From the NCBI GenBank assembly GCA_045578245.1, contig JAZNJX010000098.1, positions 1,188 to 65,187 on the forward strand: DNA of 64,000 bases. Reading direction: 5' to 3'. Under the pieces are notes generated by a model. That model saw only the letters and a list, made by a program, of their open reading frames with translations, did no database searches and was not told the DNA's origin. The stretch is from Candidatus Fimenecus sp. Lineage in GTDB: Bacteria > Bacillota > Clostridia > Oscillospirales > Acutalibacteraceae. Numbering within the stretch: the stretch's first letter is position 1; each line of letters starts with the position of its first letter. Both the position numbers and the translations under genes were made by a program. Positions 55,032 to 62,552 of the stretch are shown here, piece by piece.

Positions 55032-57044
55032 ATGAAAATTAGCAATTTACCACTGGCCACAGAATTAAACGATGAAGATGTGCTTCCCGTCGTTCAAGAA
55101 GGTAAAACAAAAAAGGTACCAGTAAAGAAATTTTTTAAAAAACAACCCACAGATGTAATTGTTGCTGAAGATGGTAAAGTACATTTAATGGTGAATGGTG
55201 AACCTATTGGTGATGGTATTCCTTTACCAAATTACGAAGAAGAATTATTTAATTTTCGTAACCAAGTAGGACAAATATCGGAAGTTGCAGAAACTTTACC
55301 GGATGAAACTAACCTCTGGAGCCTTGGTGATGTTGAGGTTACTGGATATACACAAATACCTGTTGAGTTACCAGCAGGAAGTTATAAACTAACTGCTACG
55401 GTCTCATCTACTGATACAGACAAGACTTATTCTTGTGTACGACTATATAGCGACACAACGTTAATTGAAACTCTTACATTTTATCGTAATGTTGAGACTG
55501 TAAAAACAATAGAACCTTCAGAGCCGATAACAAGAATTGTTTTTTATGCTTCAAGTGGTGTGGCTGACAGCACAGGAGATAATGCGACATATTCAAATAT
55601 AATTGTTATAGACAGCAATGCTACTATTCCTGTATTGACTGCAAAAGATGATGTTGCTCGTGGTGATGTTTCTAAAATCAGTTACGATATGAAGTATTTG
55701 CAAAATCCCAACCTTTACAATCCAATTGATAACTGGATTGTTGGCAAATATAATTATACTACTGGCAATGCAGATTTAAGTGAAACAAATCACGTTCGTA
55801 ATATAATTCCAATTGAGTTGAGTTCTGATAAAGAATATAACATACGAACGAAATCAAGAGCAGGCAATTTGTATGTGTTTACTTATGATGCAGATATGAA
55901 TTATCTTGGATATAAAAGCGTATCAGCAAGCGAGACAATACCTTTATATCATATTACAGATGTGAGTTATGTTAATTTTGTTGTAGCCGATTGGGCAAGT
56001 AGATATCCAAACGAACCACCTCAGGTGATGATATGGGAATGTGAAGATGCAACTGATTATGGTGTGTGGTTGGAATATGGCGACAAAGGAAAGTATGTAA
56101 AAGAAAAACAAACTTTCACAAATGAACAGATTGCAGATATACAAAACAAAATGAACATACAAAAGTTTAACAGAGCACGTTTTGATGATAGATTTAATTT
56201 TATTGCATACTCGGTAATTAACAATGATAAAGGACCTATCAACACAGCGGAGCATTTTGAGTATTGTGGTTCGTTGGATTGTTTTACAGCATTGAAAGGT
56301 GATGTTCAGCCTACAAGTGACGGTGGTGTAATTATGTGCCACGATAAGGGATTTACACTTGACGAAAACGGAAGAATAACCACTTTTAACGCAGATGATT
56401 GTGTGCTTATTCACGATATGACAACAGAGCAATGTCAGGCTTTGGAACATAGAACACCATATAATGGTGAATATTGCAAAGTCATTACTTTTGAAAAGTA
56501 TATTCAAAGATGTAAAAGAACAGGAAAAATTGCTTTCATTACAGTTCGTGACCAATACATCCCTGAAGTAATAGCACACATTATGCCTATCTTGGAAAAA
56601 TATCGTATGATTGACAGAAGTATTATAAACAGTTTTACACTTTCAACATTACAAGCATTCAGAGAAGCAAACGAAAGTATTATGTTATCTAATGTGTTAG
56701 ATTTTGGAAAAGTTCTGACAAAAGCACATATAAATAACGCAGTGTCACTTGGCAACTGTTTGATTAACTGTTTCCATTTTCCATCTGATAGTGGTTGGGA
56801 TTTGTTAGACCAATCGAAAGAAGCAATCGATTATGCTATTGAGAATGACATCAGAATTTATGAGGGACAAACAGGCTCTGTTGCTGATGTTGATTTACTT
56901 ATGGAATATGGTGTTATGGGTACACAAATGATTGCAAAGCTCGATACAGGAAGCACTTCTAATGATGAAACCTTAAATCAAATTGAAGCACAACTTGACG
57001 AAATCATAGAAACACAAAATTCATATATAGGGGGCAACGAGTAA
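55032..57044 (+). CDS. tail fibre/receptor-binding protein with C-terminal glycerophosphodiester phosphodiesterase (GDPD)-like domain
   Basis: N-terminal ISNLPLATELNDEDVLPVVQEGKTKK. The C-terminal region INTAEHFEYCGSLDCFTALKGDVQPTSDGGVIMCHDKGF fits the GDPD pattern ENT..A...G.d..E.DV..T.DG..V..HD. Confidence 0.55.
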   Translation: MKISNLPLATELNDEDVLPVVQEGKTKKVPVKKFFKKQPTDVIVAEDGKVHLMVNGEPIGDGIPLPNYEEELFNFRNQVGQISEVAETLPDETNLWSLGDVEVTGYTQIPVELPAGSYKLTATVSSTDTDKTYSCVRLYSDTTLIETLTFYRNVETVKTIEPSEPITRIVFYASSGVADSTGDNATYSNIIVIDSNATIPVLTAKDDVARGDVSKISYDMKYLQNPNLYNPIDNWIVGKYNYTTGNADLSETNHVRNIIPIELSSDKEYNIRTKSRAGNLYVFTYDADMNYLGYKSVSASETIPLYHITDVSYVNFVVADWASRYPNEPPQVMIWECEDATDYGVWLEYGDKGKYVKEKQTFTNEQIADIQNKMNIQKFNRARFDDRFNFIAYSVINNDKGPINTAEHFEYCGSLDCFTALKGDVQPTSDGGVIMCHDKGFTLDENGRITTFNADDCVLIHDMTTEQCQALEHRTPYNGEYCKVITFEKYIQRCKRTGKIAFITVRDQYIPEVIAHIMPILEKYRMIDRSIINSFTLSTLQAFREANESIMLSNVLDFGKVLTKAHINNAVSLGNCLINCFHFPSDSGWDLLDQSKEAIDYAIENDIRIYEGQTGSVADVDLLMEYGVMGTQMIAKLDTGSTSNDETLNQIEAQLDEIIETQNSYIGGNE

Positions 57045-57769
57045 TGGGAATTGCTGAAATAAACAACAAGACTTCATTGATAAAATCAAATGTTCCCAAA
57101 GTATATGAAGCAGGTCAAATCACAGGTGGTGGCGGTGGTGTTGACTATGACGAAGCATATAACGATGGGTATCAAGCAGGTTACATAGACGGACAAGAAA
57201 GTGTGCCTAATATACTAGAACATGCTACGAAGCTTAACGATATGTATAATAAAGCCGTTTTCCCTTCAGATTTTGAGTTGAATTTGAACATTCCTTTAGT
57301 CGATTCTATTCGTTATGCATTCATCAAAACAAACATCAAAAAAGTAATACTTAAGGGAAACAATAATGGATATGCAATTGATGCTTATAGTGCGTTTCAA
57401 GAGTCGAGTGTTAAGACCATTGATTTAACTGAATATAATGCAAAAATAGACAAAGGAACCATGATGTTTTTTTCTGCAACATCTTTACAAGAAATTTTAG
57501 GTGAATTGGATTTTACAGAGTGCACTAGTACAGCTTCTATGTTTAATTACTGTAACGAACTCGTAACAATTAAAGTTAAAGCAAATTCTATTAAACTTTC
57601 AATCAGTTTTGCACAGTCTTCAAAGTTATCAGCAACCTCAATACAATCAATTATTGACGGGCTTGCAACGGTTGAAACTGCACAGACTGTTACATTCCAC
57701 AGTTCTATTGTTTTAACAGACGAGCAAAAAGCAACAATATCAAGCAAAGGTTGGACTTTGGCACAGTAA
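57044..57769 (+). CDS. tail-module protein with BspA/DUF285-like leucine-rich repeats
   Basis: SAFQESSVKTIDL, MMFFSATSLQEI and ASMFNYCNELVTI repeats; G-rich linker after the N-terminus. Confidence 0.45.
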   Translation: MGIAEINNKTSLIKSNVPKVYEAGQITGGGGGVDYDEAYNDGYQAGYIDGQESVPNILEHATKLNDMYNKAVFPSDFELNLNIPLVDSIRYAFIKTNIKKVILKGNNNGYAIDAYSAFQESSVKTIDLTEYNAKIDKGTMMFFSATSLQEILGELDFTECTSTASMFNYCNELVTIKVKANSIKLSISFAQSSKLSATSIQSIIDGLATVETAQTVTFHSSIVLTDEQKATISSKGWTLAQ

Positions 57770-57783
57770 AAGAGGTGTTATAA

Positions 57784-57948
57784 ATGACAGTTGAAAATCA
57801 AACAGTTTTAAAAGCAGATGAGGGTAAAATGCTTACCAATGGTGAAACATTTGCAACGGTAGTTTATCTTGGTAAAAACGATAGTGCCGATAATTGGCAC
57901 GAAATCACCGAAGAAGAATACGAAGAAACAACAAAAGCATCACCTTAA
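57784..57948 (+). CDS. small conserved-looking phage protein (54 aa, below the ORF-track cutoff)
   Basis: Hand translation MTVENQTVLKADEGKMLTNGETFATVVYLGKNDSADNWHEITEEEYEETTKASP; RBS AGAGGTG. Confidence 0.45.
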   Translation: MTVENQTVLKADEGKMLTNGETFATVVYLGKNDSADNWHEITEEEYEETTKASP

Positions 57949-57966
57949 TTGGTGGTGCTTTTGTTG
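57937..57966 (+). terminator. rho-independent terminator
   Basis: gcatcacc ttaatt ggtggtgc followed by TTTTGTTGTT. Confidence 0.55.
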
Positions 57967-57995
57967 TTAGCTTTTAAAGAGTGGAGGTGAACCCT

Positions 57996-58295
57996 GTGAT
58001 AGATAAAATAATTCTCATAGCATCTCTTTTAACTGCTTTGGGTGTAATTGTTGCTACTGCAATTAAAGTATATAAATTTGTCCGAAAATGCGAAAAGTGG
58101 ATTGAGAAAAAAGACAAGCACGATATAGAACAGTACAAAGATATTCTGCGAATAAAAATAATGATGCCTGAAATGCCACTTTCGGAAAGAATTGCAGCAG
58201 GCGATATATATGTCAATACTCTACACGAAAATGGTGGAGTCAAGAAAAAGTATGAAGAATTGCTAAACCGATTTAGCGAAGAACATAAGGAGTGA
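57996..58295 (+). CDS. single-pass membrane protein, possible holin/lysis accessory
   Basis: VIDKIILIASLLTALGVIVATAIKVY TM helix. GTG 57996 follows GGAGGTGA. Confidence 0.4.
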   Translation: MIDKIILIASLLTALGVIVATAIKVYKFVRKCEKWIEKKDKHDIEQYKDILRIKIMMPEMPLSERIAAGDIYVNTLHENGGVKKKYEELLNRFSEEHKE

Positions 58296-58300
58296 TAATT

Positions 58301-59128
58301 ATGAAAAATTATCTTACATACCCTTGTAAAGTGATGAATATCACACAGGGGTACACAGGAAACTATAGCCATGGACCACACAATACAGGTGCACCGAAGG
58401 ATTATCCATGGGATGAAGCATGTGAGAACTCTGGAAGAAGCCCTATGTATTGTCCTTGTGATGAAATGATTGTTAAAAGGGTCTATATCAAAGGCACGAA
58501 CACCATCTGGCTTGAAAGTACAACACCAGTGTATTTTGCTGATGGAACAAGCGATTATGTTACCTTAATGGTGATGCACCCTAATGACAGTGATGTTGCA
58601 AAACTTAAAGAGGGACAGAAGTTCAAGAGAGGAAAACTTATCTGTCACGAAGGCACTGATGGTAATGCAACAGGTAATCACTTCCATTTTGCTGTTGGTA
58701 AAGGCAAGATGAAAGGCAATGGCTGGGTTAAAAACTCAAAAGGTAAATGGGTATTATCTACCGTGAATGGCTCAAAGAAACCTGAAACAATGTTCTACAT
58801 TGACCCGAAATTCACAACAGTTAAGAACCAAAAGGGATTAAGGTTTAAAGAACTTCCAAAGGAAGATAACTTCTTCCCACCACACGGATATTTCCGTAAA
58901 GGTGACAAAGGCGAAAATGTTGAGAAAATCAATCAGTTCTATCATGATGTTTTCCCTGTGTATGAGAAAACATTGAATCGTAATGCCGATGATGTTTTAG
59001 GTGTTCTTTTTGGTGACAATAGCGTTGCCTGGACTAAAGAGTTTCAAATACGTACCGGATTAACGCCAGACGGCAATTTTGGACCAAAAACATATGCAAA
59101 AGCCCAAGAGTTTGGGTTTGAATTTTAA
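58301..59128 (+). CDS. endolysin: metallopeptidase (M23-like HxH) domain + PG_binding_1 domain
   Basis: GNHFHFAVGKG, and C-terminal GDKGENV...TKEFQIRTGLTPDGNFGPKTYAKA. Confidence 0.7.
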   Translation: MKNYLTYPCKVMNITQGYTGNYSHGPHNTGAPKDYPWDEACENSGRSPMYCPCDEMIVKRVYIKGTNTIWLESTTPVYFADGTSDYVTLMVMHPNDSDVAKLKEGQKFKRGKLICHEGTDGNATGNHFHFAVGKGKMKGNGWVKNSKGKWVLSTVNGSKKPETMFYIDPKFTTVKNQKGLRFKELPKEDNFFPPHGYFRKGDKGENVEKINQFYHDVFPVYEKTLNRNADDVLGVLFGDNSVAWTKEFQIRTGLTPDGNFGPKTYAKAQEFGFEF

Positions 59129-59144
59129 TTAAAGGAGAATTATT

Positions 59145-59474
59145 ATGGAAATCATTAAGAATTACATTATCATCCCTATTATTTTAGTGTGCCTCATTGT
59201 AGGTTACATCCTTAAAAACATTGTCTCCACAGACAAAATCAACAAGTTCATTCCACTTATTATGGCCGTTCTTGGTGTTCTTCTAAGCCTCTGGCTAAAC
59301 GACTGGCAGTTCACTGTGAATGTGATGCTCGGTGGTCTTGTCTCTGGTCTTGCATCTTCAGGTACATACGATGGATATAAAGGACTTAAAGAATACTTTG
59401 GCAATATTAAAGGATTTAAAGATTTTTTTGTTGATATTGTTGATAAATACTTTTTCAACAAAAAAAACGAATGA
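59145..59474 (+). CDS. holin (phi LC3/Hol44-like, multi-TM)
   Basis: 109 aa, three hydrophobic helices and a GGLVSGLASSGTYDG motif. Confidence 0.65.
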   Translation: MEIIKNYIIIPIILVCLIVGYILKNIVSTDKINKFIPLIMAVLGVLLSLWLNDWQFTVNVMLGGLVSGLASSGTYDGYKGLKEYFGNIKGFKDFFVDIVDKYFFNKKNE

Positions 59475-59555
59475 TTTTTTATTTAAAAAACTGAATTGAT
59501 ACAATCAAATAAAGAAACACGTATTTTTTTATTACTTTATATAGGAGCTGTAAAT

Positions 59556-60050
59556 ATGAAATTTAATGAAGCTTTAAATCTTATGAAACAAGGTTTCAAA
59601 GTAAAACTTCCATCCTGGGGTGGATATTGGTGCTGGGACGAAGAAAAACAGACCATTATGATGCACTGCAAGGAAGGTAACGTTCTCGATATTAGAAAGA
59701 CACAGAGAGTTGAATACACTCTTGGAAACATCATGTCAGATGAGTGGATTGTTGCTGATGAAAATAACACTCCAATTCTTGGTGGTGTTGCTACATTTAA
59801 CTTCGGTGAAGCAATCAAATACCTCAAGCGTGGATTCAAGGTGAAACGTCTTGGATGGAATGGTAAGAATCAGTATATTGAACTTGCCAAAGGTATCAGC
59901 TACGTAAACCCTAACGGTGTAGTGATAAACTGCGAACACAAAGATATCGGAAATATGGCAATTGCCTTTAACGGTACATCAGGCGTACAAATGGGCTGGC
60001 TTGCCTCACAGTCAGACATGCTTGCCGAAGACTGGATTTTCGCAGAATAA
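59556..60050 (+). CDS. tandem DUF2829 (Tad2-like) protein
   Basis: Two DUF2829-type modules: MKFNEALNLMKQGFKVKLPSWGG...SDEWIVADE and FNFGEAIKYLKRGFKVKRLGWNGKNQYIEL...LAEDWIFAE. ATG 59556 follows AGGAG. Confidence 0.65.
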   Translation: MKFNEALNLMKQGFKVKLPSWGGYWCWDEEKQTIMMHCKEGNVLDIRKTQRVEYTLGNIMSDEWIVADENNTPILGGVATFNFGEAIKYLKRGFKVKRLGWNGKNQYIELAKGISYVNPNGVVINCEHKDIGNMAIAFNGTSGVQMGWLASQSDMLAEDWIFAE

Positions 60051-60121
60051 CCATTTTGCAATCAAATGCAAAATGATATAATGATATCATAATATCAAAA
60101 TTGAATATTTAGAATCATTTT

Positions 60122-60161
60122 TCCCCCTGTAGAACTCAAGGCTCTTAAGGGGGGATTTTTT
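60122..60161 (+). terminator. rho-independent terminator ending the late/lysis operon
   Basis: tccccct ... aggggga stem followed by TTTTTT. Confidence 0.6.
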
Positions 60162-60318
60162 AATGCAAAAAAATTGTTGCAACACTAACAAAAAGTCAAA
60201 TATTTTCGATTAAAGCTGTAAAGTCAAAAATAAAGAAGAAAATTATCGAAAACATGAAAAATAATGCAAGAAACATTATTTATAGTACTATTTTGGATAA
60301 AATTGGAAATAAACTTCC

Positions 60319-60347
60319 TTGATATATTTGAAAAAGCAAATTAAAAT
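60319..60347 (+). promoter_or_regulatory. candidate promoter of the cargo XRE gene
   Basis: TTGATA, 17 nt, TAAAAT. Confidence 0.45.
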
Positions 60348-60368
60348 TATTTCAAAAGAGGTCGGGCT

Positions 60369-60611
60369 ATGAAAGAAAAAGAGAAGTTTGGAAAATTGAT
60401 TAGAGATAGCAGAGAGAATAAAAACTTATCTCGAGAACAACTTGCCGAGAGGTGCAAAGTCACAGACAAAAGTATAAGTAATATAGAACTCGGCAAATCC
60501 GACCCTAAGTTAAGTACGGTTATGCGCATATGCAATGTACTTGAAATTGATGTGAAAGCTTTAGCTGAATTCACATTTATGGAAGAGGATGCTGATGTTG
60601 AGTCGTTTTAA
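60369..60611 (+). CDS. XRE-family HTH regulator (cargo cassette)
   Basis: 80 aa; LSREQLAERCKVTDKSISNIELGKSDP. Confidence 0.75.
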   Translation: MKEKEKFGKLIRDSRENKNLSREQLAERCKVTDKSISNIELGKSDPKLSTVMRICNVLEIDVKALAEFTFMEEDADVESF

Positions 60612-60708
60612 TTTAATAAATGTTGGGTTTTGTCAATCAGTGTTGTACTTTCAGTAAAAGAGAAGAAAACTTATTGGACAATACGGGTATATTTTTTCTG
60701 TTTCCGTA

Positions 60709-60737
60709 TTGTATTTAATTTTATGTTTTGTTATAAT
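60709..60737 (+). promoter_or_regulatory. candidate extended -10 promoter of the three-gene cargo operon
   Basis: TTGTAT, 17-nt spacer ending in TGt, then TATAAT. Confidence 0.45.
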
Positions 60738-60874
60738 TAGCGAAAGGGGTTAGCGTTTTTACACAAACTAATAACATACTTTAAGTTCATTTGTAAACTG
60801 TACAAGCGTATAAGCATAGTATTAAGTAGGTTGTATTTTCTAATACAGATAGGGTTTGTGTATTAAGAAAAAAT

Positions 60875-61273
60875 ATGGAGCAACACCTTAAAAATCATTT
60901 TAAAAAAACATATCAAATAATTCACTGTATAGAAATAGTTTTATTCATTGTGGGACTTTTTTTTGAATGCTATAATGTATATAATGAAACTAATGTGAAT
61001 CTGTTTTTTCTTGCTACCACAATATATATACTTAATAATTATTTCCAAATAATAAAAATGACACAAGAGACTAATGGCATATTGCCATATGTATTTCTTG
61101 GGTCCATTTCTGCTTTGGGAATAATTATTGTTATAGAATTTTTGAGTTATGTTGTTGCCAATGTTGGAACTAGTATTTTGCCAATAAAGACACCAGTATA
61201 TGTGTTGTATTTTGTGGTTTTTATTAGTGAAATATACAAATTAACTATAGAATATAAACCGCCTTCAAAATAA
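60875..61273 (+). CDS. four-TM membrane protein, no recognisable family
   Basis: 132 aa, four hydrophobic helices. Confidence 0.55.
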   Translation: MEQHLKNHFKKTYQIIHCIEIVLFIVGLFFECYNVYNETNVNLFFLATTIYILNNYFQIIKMTQETNGILPYVFLGSISALGIIIVIEFLSYVVANVGTSILPIKTPVYVLYFVVFISEIYKLTIEYKPPSK

Positions 61274-61311
61274 AAACTAATTATGAAATTAAGAATATGG
61301 TGGAGAAAATT

Positions 61312-61677
61312 ATGAGTTTTATAGAAGTATTAGCTATTATATTAATGATTGCATTTGGAGCTTGTTCTTTGTTCGGTTTGATACTTGTTGTCAAGAAAGT
61401 AATTAATTACCTGCTTTCCAATAAAAAGGTTTTTATAGGGAACGAAGTACAGCTCAATAGTTGCATGATTAATGATTCGTATGTGTTCCTTGAAATGAAT
61501 AACACTATTGAAAAACAGATATCAACAATTTTGTACTATTTGCGATTAAGTGAAAATGGTAGGTTGTATAGGGAACATCCGTTTTTTCTAATGCAGAATA
61601 ATGGTGCAAATCCATGTGAAATAGACAAGGTTATTGAGATAAGACATAACTTTACGGAAGAACAATTATATATTTAA
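61312..61677 (+). CDS. single-pass membrane protein with ~85-aa soluble domain, no recognisable family
   Basis: ATG 61312 follows GGTGGAG; TM helix FIEVLAIILMIAFGACSLFGLILVV. Confidence 0.55.
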   Translation: MSFIEVLAIILMIAFGACSLFGLILVVKKVINYLLSNKKVFIGNEVQLNSCMINDSYVFLEMNNTIEKQISTILYYLRLSENGRLYREHPFFLMQNNGANPCEIDKVIEIRHNFTEEQLYI

Positions 61678-61710
61678 TATATAAAACAATGTGTATAAGG
61701 AAGTAATAGC

Positions 61711-62295
61711 GTGGAAAAAACTGCAGAATACTCTTGGGATGCATTAGAAAAATGTTTTGAAAAAGATATTCATCCTAAGTACCCAGAAATAGAATTTAAT
61801 AAAATCAAGAAAGAACAGTTTAAAAGAACTTTTTGTGAATCTTATAAATATGTCAAAGCCAAATACATGACGGAAGATACAGAATGTTTAGACAGACATA
61901 AGCAGGCAGCAATCTTGATTTGCTGTGTACTAAAGGAAGATATTTTGGTTTCGCAAAAAATTCCTGAAGGTAAAGAATTTGTAGGAAAGTATTCATTAGC
62001 TCTATCATTAGGATTAGCTTTTATGTTGGACCGTTTAAAGGAAAGATTTGATGAAACTGGTATTGAAGAAGAAATAAACGATTTAACTGATATTATTGCT
62101 TTTGCGTGTCCAACAAATTATTTTGATGTTCTTTTTAGAAATCTGTACTTTGAGGAAAAGGAACAGGGCTCAGTGTTTGTATTGACTTTAGCAAACACCT
62201 TGTTTCTGTTGGAGTATATTGCGTTAATGAAAAAAAATATACCATTTGAAAAGTTAAGAGAATATAATGATGATGGTACCGAAAAAGAGATTTAA
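61711..62295 (+). CDS. cytoplasmic helical protein, no recognisable family
   Basis: 194 aa, GTG start after AAGGAAG; last gene before attR. Confidence 0.55.
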   Translation: MEKTAEYSWDALEKCFEKDIHPKYPEIEFNKIKKEQFKRTFCESYKYVKAKYMTEDTECLDRHKQAAILICCVLKEDILVSQKIPEGKEFVGKYSLALSLGLAFMLDRLKERFDETGIEEEINDLTDIIAFACPTNYFDVLFRNLYFEEKEQGSVFVLTLANTLFLLEYIALMKKNIPFEKLREYNDDGTEKEI

Positions 62296-62353
62296 AGATG
62301 TAAAAAGCATTATGTTTCAGAAAAGATTACAAACGTTTCACAAACATTAATCA

Positions 62354-62388
62354 AAATCCCCTTAATATACAAGGGGATTTGTTTATTT
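62354..62388 (+). terminator. rho-independent terminator abutting attR
   Basis: Perfect 10-bp stem aaatcccctt/aaggggattt, 7-nt loop, then gtttattt. Confidence 0.65.
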
Positions 62389-62432
62389 GGTAAGGACGAG
62401 GTCACCGGTTCGAATCCGGTTAGCAGCTCCAA
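62387..62432. repeat. attR core (displaced 3' tRNA-Thr fragment)
   Basis: 46/46 identical to 27012-27057. Lacks the 5' half of the tRNA. Confidence 0.9.
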
Positions 62433-62552
62433 AAATACAACTAAGTCGAAAGATTTGGTTGTATTTTTTTATGTATTTCCTACTTGCAACAAATCATTGC
62501 GTGACTTTTTCGTATTATTATGTAATAATAAACTTGTAAGGAGGCGATACGA

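Larger units (their letters stand above)
27012..62432. mobile_element. integrated temperate siphovirus-type prophage (~35.4 kb) in tRNA-Thr
   Basis: 46-bp perfect direct repeat at both ends. The integrase is adjacent to the tRNA. Complete lysogeny, replication, packaging, head, tail and lysis gene order. Confidence 0.9.

Noticed and set aside
55944-56579. 211-aa minus-strand ORF
   Set aside because: It is antisense inside the tail-fibre gene. Its Cys/Ile/Phe-rich sequence is typical of shadow ORFs in AT-rich DNA.
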